DNA of 64,000 nucleotides from a virus (lineage: Duplodnaviria > Caudoviricetes), in IMG/VR virus record IMGVR_UViG_3300028048_000079, positions 60,869 to 124,868 of that record; one strand, given 5' to 3'. The position numbers and the translations under genes are program-made. The notes under the pieces were generated by a model. The model was not told the DNA's origin and ran no database searches. It saw nothing but the letters and a program-made list of their open reading frames with translations. Shown in pieces: positions 20,307 through 30,775 of this stretch; within the stretch, counting starts at the first letter, position 1, and each line of letters starts with the position of its first letter.

Positions 20307-20381
20307 GCTCCCATAGTCGAGTGGATAAGACGAGAACCTCCTAAGTTCTAAGCACCGGTCCGATTCCGGTTGGGAGTACCA
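20307..20381 (+). tRNA. tRNA-Arg (anticodon CCT)
   Basis: Acceptor GCTCCCA/TGGGAGT, anticodon arm AGAAC-CTCCTAA-GTTCT, T-arm ACCGG-TCCGATT-CCGGT, encoded CCA. Confidence 0.9.
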
Positions 20382-20454
20382 CACCCTATGTACTCAAATG
20401 AGTATGGTATACGAAGTAGAGTTAATATCAATTTAAATTAAACAATTAGAAAGT

Positions 20455-20781
20455 ATGACACAGATTGTAACAAAAGTAGGCACGTTTGACGTGATGGACA
20501 AGAACGGAAACGTATTAGTGTGTAAGAACGGAAAGGCATTGGCCACATTCACCGGTATCAATGCTTGGGATAAGGACGCTATCATCATGGCCATTGAAAG
20601 TCATGGAGAGGAACTTAATAAGGCCGCAGCAAAAGTCGGTACCGGAAACATTACATCTGAGAATGTCATTCCAACACTGAACTATATCTGTGACATGTTG
20701 AGCGACACCATCGAGGACAACAAGACAAAAGGCTTCGTAACAAGTAGGCTGAAACAAGTTATTAACAAGTTGGCAGCATAA
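20455..20781 (+). CDS. Hypothetical early protein (C-terminal LAA)
   Basis: 108-aa ORF with higher-GC codons. Confidence 0.75.
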   Translation: MTQIVTKVGTFDVMDKNGNVLVCKNGKALATFTGINAWDKDAIIMAIESHGEELNKAAAKVGTGNITSENVIPTLNYICDMLSDTIEDNKTKGFVTSRLKQVINKLAA

Positions 20782-20801
20782 ATAAAATGAATTAGAAAAT
20801 T

Positions 20802-20927
20802 ATCACGGAATAGCGGGGTTGACCGGAACCCAAGTAATACCCAGTACCCAACCGCTGCGCAGTTTAAGAAGGGGGTCTAAACAAAAACTGGTGAGGGCTT
20901 AACCGGCAACCGCTAATTCCCCGTGAT
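20802..20927 (+). ncRNA. Candidate ~125-nt rod-like structured RNA
   Basis: Closing stems ATCACGG/CCGTGAT, TAGC/GCTA, GGTTG/CAACC, CCGG/CCGG. Confidence 0.5.
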
Positions 20928-21149
20928 TAACAAATATCAATTAATATGAATTACGTAGTGAACTTTTTCACCCAAAGAGAGTATGAGCATATTCCTGAAA
21001 TGCTGAAAGCCGGTAGTAAGGAACTCGCAACAGACCCTAAATCCTTTGGTGAGCGAAAGCGCAAATGCTAAACAAATTTTAACACAAAGGTTTACACTTT
21101 TTAACAGAAAATATTTGCATATCTCGAAAAAAGTTTGTACCTTTGCATT

Positions 21150-21960
21150 GTCAAAATAAAACAAATGGCTATGACACCCGCAAGAAAGAATTAGCGGAGT
21201 TGTAAAACCAACAATGGATGATGGGAGGTTATGGGGAATATTCCACCTTAGTACCAATCCGAAATAGTTCAAATAATATGGACACAAGACCTCCGCCCAA
21301 TTGAAGGGTATGTAAGATTTAAATTGTTTAATATTCATATAAGAGCGTAGAACTATGATAAGAGTAAGAGACAAGCCTTGATAAATAAGGTTAGTATAAT
21401 ATAAAATCATATTTAAGATTAGGCTGATTGCTGACGCTAATCACCGCAGCCCGTTATATAAGTGAAACGGCCCCGCACAGATACCGCAGCATAGGCCAAA
21501 GTGAGAACAAGCCACACCGCCTTTGCGAATTGAAGTCAGTGGACTATGTGAAATTCGCCCGCATCAATATCCGGTTCTCTATTATATCTCTTTCGGAAAG
21601 TGGCTCAACCTTCAACGCAAGATTGCCTTAGTCCGGCATATAGTGCCGTTTGAGCGAATGGCAGGGACGTGAAGGATAAACTCAGTCGGAATAATTTGCA
21701 ATAGTTCTGACAATGGCTCACTTAAGAGAGTTTGCATTAGCGTAGTGATTACGATGATGATTTAGGAGGTGAGTTTTGAACATGAAAATGGAAACTGCTG
21801 TATCACAAGGGTAAAGGTTTACGATTGCTTGTTGGAGGAGGTTGTGAACAGCACTTGCAAGAGTTTTCAAAGTAGTGTTTGGTGAGTTGTCCTTTATAGG
21901 TTAGCGACCTATGGTATATGGAGGATGGAGGACGCAGAAACTTAGATTGGATAACTCACA
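21150..21960 (+). ncRNA. Candidate large ornate ncRNA (ROOL/GOLLD-like size and context); structured core about 21420-21960
   Basis: Promoter at 21138; no credible sense ORF over 800 nt; many local and long-range stems; 11-bp terminal stem 5 nt before tRNA-Ile. Confidence 0.6.
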
Positions 21961-21964
21961 TTTT

Positions 21965-22041
21965 GCTCTGGTAACTCAGTTGGTTAGAGTGCTCGGCTTA
22001 TACCCAAGTGGTCGGGGGTTCAAGTCCCTCCCAGAGTACCA
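21965..22041 (+). tRNA. tRNA-Ile (anticodon TAT)
   Basis: Acceptor GCTCTGG/CCAGAGT, D-arm ACTC/GAGT, anticodon arm CTCGG-CTTATAC-CCAAG (one C-A mismatch), T-arm GGGGG-TTCAAGT-CCCTC, CCA. Confidence 0.88.
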
Positions 22042-22116
22042 TAGGAAAAAAAATTATGTTGTTTGTCATAACTTTTGGGTTTAAAGCACTATTTATTTAT
22101 ATAAACAATAGATAGT

Positions 22117-22683
22117 ATGCAGAATCCAAATAGTTACTTAAAACAAAAAGAGCGTAGTTTATTACGAAAACTTGAATTAATAAAAGAAAAAGGTGGTAAA
22201 TGTAATCTTTGTGGCTATGATAAAAATATTGCGGCATTAGAATTTCATCATATAGACCCATCAAAAAAATTATTTCAATTAGACTCAAGACATATATCCA
22301 ATACTACGACTGAGAAATTAATAGAAGAAGCAAATAAATGTATTTTGGTTTGTGCCAACTGCCATCGAGAATTACATAACAAGCAATTTGAAAAAACTGA
22401 ACTACAAAACACACTTGATAATATAACATCACGGCATATTAGTTTAAAGGAAAATAAGAAAAAAATTGGAACTTGTAAATATTGTGGTAAAGAGTTTCCA
22501 TACGTAAAAGGAAAAATATATTGTTCTGCTGAATGTCGTGAACTTGATAAACATTACCCTTCTTATGAGGAAATAATCTCGGATTATCAAAAACTTAAAA
22601 GTTGGGAAAAAGTAGCACAGAAATATAACATATCAAGAAAAGTGATACAAAGAATTAGAAAATTTAAACAATCTCAAGCGTGA
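22117..22683 (+). CDS. HNH endonuclease with extra Zn-finger/HTH C-terminus
   Basis: CNLCGY...LEFHHIDP...KCILVCANCHRELH, then CKYCGKEF...YCSAEC. Confidence 0.85.
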   Translation: MQNPNSYLKQKERSLLRKLELIKEKGGKCNLCGYDKNIAALEFHHIDPSKKLFQLDSRHISNTTTEKLIEEANKCILVCANCHRELHNKQFEKTELQNTLDNITSRHISLKENKKKIGTCKYCGKEFPYVKGKIYCSAECRELDKHYPSYEEIISDYQKLKSWEKVAQKYNISRKVIQRIRKFKQSQA

Positions 22684-22844
22684 GAGTTTTTATTAACAAA
22701 TGATTTTAGAATTCATGGGGCTATCAACCGGACACCTATCACGAATGAAAATTTTTTATATCCTGAAGACAAGTAGCGTGATGAAGGTAGTATCATACAC
22801 TATCACCGGTTTTATTTATTTTATTAAGTATTAATAGATTTTTG

Positions 22845-22882
22845 AGTCTTACTCGTCTGTGAAAGATAGGTAAGACCTCTTT
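22845..22882 (+). terminator. Intrinsic terminator
   Basis: GTCTTAC-TCGTCTGTGAAAGATAG-GTAAGAC hairpin followed by a T-rich tail. Confidence 0.6.
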
Positions 22883-23074
22883 GTATCTTTTAACATGAAT
22901 TAACAGAATTTTTTTGGCGGTATGAAATATTATTTGTATCTTTGTAGCGTAAAACGTCAGAAATGGCTTATAAACGCATTTTAACGTCTTAGACTAATAA
23001 CTATCCATCTGAATGCAGAAATGCGTCCTACGAGCCTTAAAAGTGGCAAAAACAATAATTCAAATAAAAAGACT

Positions 23075-26027
23075 ATGAATAACAAAACGTATGTAATCTA
23101 TTCAGAGGATTTGAAGGGATTTCTTTCAAACGATGGCTTAAGCCTTACAGAAAACATGGATGATGCAATGCACTATCCAAGCGTAGGACAAGCAATGATG
23201 GCTTCGTATAAGACATCTGAACAATTGAATGGAATATTCAAGTTCCATGAGATTTCAATCCCTGAATGCCAGAGATAAAAATAAATTCAAAATAAAGAAA
23301 AAATATCAACCGGTCTAGGACTGGAACCTATAGTATCTTATCGTATAAGAAAATTATATTTTTAATTAATATAATTTTCATTTTCATTTCTTCCTAAGAA
23401 GAAAGAAAATATATAAAAGAAAGAAGAAAGGTTTCCTTTCATGGTCTGTAGTCCTTTGTTAAAATTATAAAAAATTCACATAGTTTTAACGAAGATTAAG
23501 ACTCAACAATTTGGATAATTCAGAATTATTTTGTACCTTTGCACTTGAATTTAGGCAACAACAAAGAATAATGGCGAAAATATTTCACGTAAACAAGTAT
23601 AAATATAATGACGAAATAAGTATTGAAGAACGTCATTATGAATGGTATAACACAACTGAACGTGTTATCAATGGTGGGTTATGCTATCCTAAGTATAGGA
23701 GAACTTATACTGAAATAGTTGGTGTATTATCAAAAACTAATACAGTAGTTACACACAAACATTCTACTTATATCGATTTACTTGATGAATTAAAAGAATT
23801 AGGATATAAAATCAAATAATTTATAATTACTTTAAACAATATCAGTTATGGAACAAGTAATCGCTTATAAGGCTTTTAATGGACGTTTATTCGATACAGA
23901 GGAAAAATGTATCGCCTATGAAAAGAAGTTGTCTCAATACCCAAAGGTAAAAGAAACAACCATAAAGGCTGATGATAGTTATATCACCAATAAGGTAGGA
24001 CATGGTGTATATGTTTCAACTGATATTGTAAAACACGTTATTGAAACATGGGAAAAACCATATTCACAGAAAAAGACAAAAGTTTTCTATATCGTTGGAG
24101 GTAAATATAAATTCATTGACATACATGATAAACATGGTGCAAGCCTTATGCGCGGAAGTACCTATCTGTTTAATAATGAAGATACATCAACAGAATGGTA
24201 CTTAGGTGCAAAGCATTTCGCTGAACAAATATTAAAAGGACATGAATTGACAGATGATTTCGTTTTATCTGAAATCAATCAAATGAATGAAATAAACTGC
24301 ATACATAGCAAATTTAGCGAACTTACTGCTGAAGTAATAGAGCCAAATAAGAAATGGAAAATAGATAACCCAAAATGGACTTCCGGAGCAGTAGCACCAC
24401 ATACATTCACAATAGAAAAAATCAATTAAAAAAAAAAATAGAAAACTCAAAATCAGATTGTAGTTTTATCAGGAACTTTCACTTACAATTTGTAATTTTT
24501 GCAGGAGACACAAGTTTCAAAGTGTAATTTTTGCAGGAGGATTTTTTAACAATCTGTTAATGTTTATTAACATAAAATATTTGCATATTTCAAACTTTTT
24601 TTGTACCTTTGCATTATCAAAATTGATAGGTAAGGGTAAAGCCTTAAAGTATAGTCTCCAACACAGCTTGTACGGAATTGTTAATTTTATATAAATTTCA
24701 CATAGATTTAACAATGATTTAACTCAAAAAATTTGGTACTTTCAAAAATTTTCACTATCTTTGCAGTATAAATTTAATTAATATAAAATATGTATAGTTT
24801 TAAAATTAATGTAATAGGAGGACAAAAATATGATTTTTACAGCAATTATCACATCAGCAAGTGTCGTAAGACCGGCTAAGTCCTATGACACTATTAAAAA
24901 ACAAATGGAACGTATCTATAAACTCTATGCTCAAGGATATGGTACAAGAGAAATGCTTGAAGATTGTGAACAGAAAGTATACGTAATCTTCACTAAAATC
25001 CCTTATTAATGTCTTTTAACAGATAATTCACATTCTTTATGACAAATAATTTGGATATTCCAAATATTATATGTAACTTTGCACTTACAAAACAGAAAGT
25101 CAAACAATTTAAATTAATATTATTATGGTAGAGAATTTCAATTCAATCGTAGAGATTATGAAAAGACGTATTGCACATGATTTGCATAACAACACAAATG
25201 GTGTGCTTGATATGGTGCTTAATGCCTATAACCGCTATCAGGAAGACGAGAGAGACGGAGTAGACTATATCTTCGACCTCAATAATCAGAATGACCTCAA
25301 ATGTATGGTTGATGGTGGGTTAACCGTGACCGAAATCGTTTCGGCTTGGAATAAGGTTCAGAATGAAGGAATTACATCATATTTCCATTTCGGATGCAAC
25401 TATGACGGATTAGAAGCATTAGGAACAACTACAGACGTGAAACATGACCTTATCTCATGGCTTCCGATATTTATTCCATACGTCCTTATGTACGTAACAC
25501 GATGCACAGAGTATCAAGCAATCTATGAACACTATATCACAGAGTATCTTGAAAATAACGAAGACTTCTAATGACTATCGGTAATGTTATTGTAGCATTG
25601 GTATTCGCCTTGATAGGTGTTCTGTGGCTTATCCTTGAAAAGAAAACCAAAGGGAAAACAATTAAATAATATCTATATGACAATAAGTAAAAAGAAAATT
25701 CAATTAATATCAGATAGTGATATAGGCACATATCTACGTGTCTCAAAAACAAGGGCAAGGGAGATATTTGAGGAAGGTAATGGCAGACTATATGTAATGA
25801 CATCTGACAGAAATCCGGTTAATTCAGCAACAACCGCACATGAATATAAAAAAGGCTGTAAACCTTATTGTTATTATTATGATAGTGAAAGAGAATCTAT
25901 CAACACCTTTGATGAACTATTGGACGATTTTGCCTATTGGCTCGATACAGACGGATATGGACATATTCCGGACAGATATAGGTCAATGCACGAAATGTTC
26001 TCATATTGGGTGAAAATTCAAAACTAA
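23075..26027 (+). CDS. Hypothetical early genes (23075-23278, 23571-23819, 23848-24429, 25125-25571, 25677-26027)
   Basis: Starts refined to ATGs downstream of promoters at 22937, 23534 and 25074. Confidence 0.7.
24604..24664 (+). repeat. Promoter + conserved ~30-nt motif, copy 4
   Basis: TACCTTTG at 24604; GGGTAAAGCCTTAAAGTATAGTCTCCAACAC at 24634-24664. Confidence 0.8.
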
Positions 26028-26088
26028 ATTTAACATTTACATTAACATTCTTTAACCGAGATTATTTGGTAGTCTCGGTTTTTTTTAC

Positions 26089-26159
26089 TACCTTTGCATT
26101 GTCAAAAAGAAATAAATGACAGAGGTAGAAGTGAAATTCTAAAGTATAGTCTCCAACAT
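26089..26159 (+). repeat. Promoter + conserved ~30-nt motif, copy 5
   Basis: TACCTTTG at 26089; AGAGGTAGAAGTGAAATTCTAAAGTATAGTCTCCAACAT at 26121-26159. Confidence 0.8.
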
Positions 26160-26181
26160 ATTTGAATGAAAATTGTTAATT

Positions 26182-26709
26182 TTAATTAATTCCCAATTTT
26201 TTTAACCAGAAATTAGTGTTTTCAGAATAAGTTAATTTTGTTTGATTTTTCTGTGAATAAATGCTATCTCGTCTAATAGTTTCATATATAACCTTTTTAT
26301 AATACTTAGGTTTAGTTAAAAAACGTTCTCTGGTTAATTCGTTATCTATTATGTTTTCAGTTGCCCACACCCACCTAAGATTACAAGCACGATTATCATC
26401 TTTTTTTGTATTAATATGGTCAACCTCTGGTTTATTATCAGTATTTGGGATAAAAGCCAAGGCTACCAAACGATGAACACCAATATGATGATTTTTATTA
26501 TTCTTATCCTTAATGGTTATTCTGACATAGCCATTTTTATCTTTCTTTAAAATGGCAATTTTATCACCTTTTAAAATACGGCCAATATTAGAAACTTTAA
26601 TTTCCGGATAATTTTCCAATTCTTTCCATATTTCTCCATCTATAATACTGAAATCTTCGTATTCTTGTTTCCGGTATCCTCTATATTTGTATTTTTTAAC
26701 AAAAGACAT
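26182..26709 (-). CDS. NUMOD4-HNH homing endonuclease
   Basis: EIWKELENYPEIKVSNIGRI (NUMOD4); VHRLVALAFIPN...EVDHINTKKDDNRACNLRWV (HNH_3). Confidence 0.9.
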   Translation of the reverse strand: MSFVKKYKYRGYRKQEYEDFSIIDGEIWKELENYPEIKVSNIGRILKGDKIAILKKDKNGYVRITIKDKNNKNHHIGVHRLVALAFIPNTDNKPEVDHINTKKDDNRACNLRWVWATENIIDNELTRERFLTKPKYYKKVIYETIRRDSIYSQKNQTKLTYSENTNFWLKKLGIN

Positions 26710-27200
26710 TTTTCTTTAACTTTTATGCAAATATACTTTTTTTTGAATAATTACAAAAATATATTTGTCGAAATATATTATACATTTGTTAAATAATCCT
26801 AAATTTAACATTTATTATTTAATTTTAACATTATTTCATATTATTTAAAATTTTGTTAAAAAATGGACAGCACACAGATTTTTCTCGTCAATTTTACCAT
26901 ATCCACATCATTAAATTTAATTCATTTTTTCCATCTTTCAGTTAAAAAATTTTATTTACCTTTTTCCAATGAGAACATATTCCGGTAAATACTATAGTAA
27001 ATGATACTATTTTGATATCATAATGGAATAAAAAATCTATCAATTTGACTATCAACCCCTTAAAATTCAGCCTTTGTAACTGCTTGATACTGAAAGGGTT
27101 ACAATAAACTATGGTGTCTGTTTTCCCATAAGTATTTGATTATCAAGTAGTTACGGGATTTAGTAAAAAAAGTGTTAATTTTCTTTTAAAAAATGCAATA
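26710..27200. other. Candidate replication origin
   Basis: Very AT-rich ORF-free gap with 27-bp dyad sites at 27076-27102 and 27128-27154; the + strand looks G/T-richer to the right. Confidence 0.45.
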
Positions 27201-27263
27201 AATTTGGATATATCATTTTTATTTTGTACCTTTGCGTTGTAATTAGAAAAATGTTATTATATT

Positions 27264-28754
27264 ATGGTTAGTAGTAAGGAGTTATATCGTCAATTATTTG
27301 TATCTGTTCTTCTTCGTGAGAACGTTTTGGAAGTGGTATGTAACAACACAAAGGAGCATTATTTTGACCGCGTTGTTGTCAATTCTGATGGTACTATCAA
27401 TGTATATTCACATGGTCTTAAAAAGCCTTTTACAAGGCTTGGTTTTGATTTTGAAATTGATTATGCCAAACTGCTTTACTACATTGAGGAGGATTTGTAT
27501 GCTATTCGTCATGGTGGAATTTCCAAGCATAATATGGTTTACAAATTTCAGCCGGAGACAGAATTGTATATGAAGGTATGGAATTTATTAAGTAGTAATC
27601 AGATGTATTATTCTATAAATGTTATCAATTCTTCATCGGTTGAGATTTACGTTGAGGATGGTGACTGGAAGCATGAGCATCTGGTATTGCAGCGTCTTAT
27701 GGAGAAAAATGGATTTACTTTGGTATGTAGGGAAAATATCAGAGAGGATGGTTCTGACTGCTATTCAGCCGTTCACACCTATATGTATAACGGAGAAGAA
27801 TAAAAGAGAATAAATACAAATAAGATATATAGAGATATGGAGAAGATTATCGGCAAATATTTTGTATGTGATTGTGAGCATAGGGGTGACATAGAGAGTG
27901 CCAAGTCATTTATCCGGTCATTAGGCTGTGTCATTACCGATAGTTATTGGGATGGTTATGATTGTGGCGAAGCGTGGATAGAGTTTAGTTTCTACGATAA
28001 CATCTTTGTAAAGGTATATGAGAAATTATCCGGTTCTTCTGTATCTTATAGTGCTGACATCAACAAGTACATGAAGTCCGGAATTGTGCTTCCCTATCCT
28101 CTTATTAATGGTAAGGAGTTGATTGAAATGAAGAACCGGATGTCTGATGATTTTTCTGTCGGTTTTGAGGAAAGACTGCCTTTATGGTTATTCTTTCAGA
28201 TTAACGAATATCGTAATCAGTATAGTCCCGGTGAGATTGTTGAAAAGGTATTATCTTACTTTGAAGAGCCAGTAGAGGTATTGGGTTACAATATTCACGT
28301 TGTGGATGGTAACAAGTTCTGTGATGTATTACTGAAGAGCAGTTACCGGAATTTGTCGTGTAAGACGATGCAGTATGGTATTGGTGATTATTGCTTAGGT
28401 GATAGGGGATTTTTGGATTCGATTCATGTATATGGTCAATGTCGTTGTGTTCACAAATGTATAAACACCAGTAGGCTAAGGGATTATGAATATCTGCATC
28501 GTGTGATTAACTGCATGAAGTCCGGATTGGATATGGAGTATCGTAATCAGGATAGTTACTATCATCCTATTGATATTATTTTATCTTCTGACAAGTACAT
28601 GGATAGTGATGGTAGTTTCAAACCGGTGATTGAGATTGATGGAAAGAAGTATAGTTTGAAAGACCCTTGTTATTGGGAATGGAAGAAACCAGAGTATCAT
28701 CAAGTAATAATTGATAGCAAAAAGGGTTATGGTTTAAAACCAATTGGGATTTAA
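27264..28754 (+). CDS. Two hypothetical proteins (27264-27803, 27837-28754)
   Basis: ORFs behind promoter at 27227. Confidence 0.75.
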
Positions 28755-28827
28755 AGGGTATATGTACTCAAATGAGTACGTTTTAGAAATAGGTTAAATA
28801 TTAATTAGAAAAAATCAGATAGAATTT

Positions 28828-29319
28828 ATGAAGAAGTTATTTTACATTATATTATTTAGTTTATGTATTTGTTCTTGCAGCAAGGATGATGATATGTTTA
28901 ATGAACCGGCATCTATTATTGGTACTTGGCAAGATAGGGCTTATGGCGAGACATTTATCTTTGGTGAGAATAAAGTTAAACTTATTACTATGACCGGTGA
29001 TATTATTAATTTAGATTATGTTTTCACGGGTGATGAAATTACTTTTACTGAATATGTCTATGTTGATAATAGTGATGTGATTTTGAGTTACAAGAATAAA
29101 ATAAAAGAACTTGAGAACGAAGTAAAGACTGCAAGGGGTGAAAGTAGATTAGCATTGCTTGACCGGATTGCATATTTTAGGTCTTTACTATATGAAGCAT
29201 GTTTAAATCAATCAGATTGTGTTTATACCTATTCTTCCAAAGTAACTAAATTCACATTTAATGAATTATCATTTTATATTGATGATACGGAATACAATTT
29301 AACAAGAATTAACGATTAA
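28828..29319 (+). CDS. Putative lipoprotein (lipocalin-like start)
   Basis: MKKLFYIILFSLCICSC-SKDDD lipobox; IIGTW motif. Confidence 0.65.
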   Translation: MKKLFYIILFSLCICSCSKDDDMFNEPASIIGTWQDRAYGETFIFGENKVKLITMTGDIINLDYVFTGDEITFTEYVYVDNSDVILSYKNKIKELENEVKTARGESRLALLDRIAYFRSLLYEACLNQSDCVYTYSSKVTKFTFNELSFYIDDTEYNLTRIND

Positions 29320-29396
29320 TTAGTATTAATTAAGTTAAAAGATTCGTTTATATCAGATTTTTGTTGTACCTTTGCATTGTCAAACAAAACAAATAT

Positions 29397-30621
29397 ATGG
29401 AAAAGATTTATGTTGTGGTTTATGTATGTGTAATGACCTTTTGTGGTGACATTTACACGGAGCAGAAAGTAACACGTAACAAGTATGTAGCCCAGAAATA
29501 TTTCAACAATTACATCGCTGACATTGCCGAGACAACCGGTGATAACATGATAGTTGAGGAAATGGGTAAAACCATATTTGACTATGAGGGTGCAAATGGC
29601 GGTAATATGTATCACGTTGAAATTTCAGAAGTATATGTAGCATAATAAGTAAAAAAAAAATAGATTAATATGGAAGAACAATTGACATGTTTTGAGGTTG
29701 AGACAAAATACAAGAGTGGCCGTATCAGAGTTGAGACAATCATTTCAAAGAACGAGGAAAGTTTCTGGAAGTATTACGACAGGCATCATAATGTCAAACT
29801 GATTGCGGATTCTGTAATTGTGGATGCTTGGCCGGCATAATAATTAAAATTCAATTAATATGGAAAAGACTTATGTGATTGACGATAAGAAACGATGTGT
29901 CTATCCTATATGGGGTTGGGCACAATGTTGGAAAAGTCATTTAAAGGTAGCGGAAGGTCGTAAATACCGACTTAGGACACTTTGGGGTTTTTCTGTTGAT
30001 ACCGAAAATAAGGTTATTGAGGTTAGTGATGGTCAGCGTAGGGTATTCGATTCAGTATATGCCGGACAAAACGGAAATCCTAATGATATGAAAGATTATT
30101 TGGTTTTTTGTGATGCGTTGAAATATCTTAAACAAAAGGGTTATAAAACAAATTTTTAAATATTAATTAGTTAGAAGTAAAAGTATTGATTAATATCTTT
30201 TAACGTTTCCTTAACGTTTATTATGGTAAAATATTTGGTAAATTGGAAAAAATGTTGTACCTTTGCAGTACGAAATAAATAAACAACATTATTAATTTAA
30301 TTAAAAGGAGATTTAGCTATGAAATTTGTTTTAGGAATTAAACCAAATGTACTTAGTGGATATGGAACACTTAAAGAAGCTCGTAACCGCATTGAGGGTG
30401 TTTTGTGTTTTAGTTCTTCTTTCGGAGTTGGCTACCAAAACTCAATGATAAACACAACCGCAATATATGGCTATAATATTGAGGTTTTCAAGCGAGGTAA
30501 ACACCACAAGAACAAGCATTACGTTATCTACAGATATACATTCCCTATTGAAATGTTCAAATTGCTTAATGTAGAGATTAAACAAGGTAGTCGTACATTT
30601 AAAATAATACCCAAAAAATAG
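29397..30621 (+). CDS. Small hypothetical genes (29397-29645, 29670-29840, 29860-30159, 30319-30621)
   Basis: ORFs behind promoters at 29366 and 30258. Confidence 0.65.
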
Positions 30622-30775
30622 GAGATTAGATTATGTATATTGCTAAATGAGATTAACAAAAATTAACTATAATTTTTTGGTGAAATCAGAATAATTTCGT
30701 ATCTTTGCAGTGAATTTAAAAGCGAGGATGGTGAAAATCGTTAAAAGAGTATCCTGAATTTTAAAAATTTTTATT

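Noticed and set aside
20937-21631. ORFs 20937-21410 (-) and 21428-21631 (+)
   Set aside because: The first crosses a promoter antisense and has no leader; the second starts at TTG without a typical leader inside the stem-rich segment.
13370-26159. Calling the five ~30-nt motifs a CRISPR array
   Set aside because: Copies are kilobases apart, in both orientations and without spacers; only the solitary-repeat idea is kept as a hypothesis.
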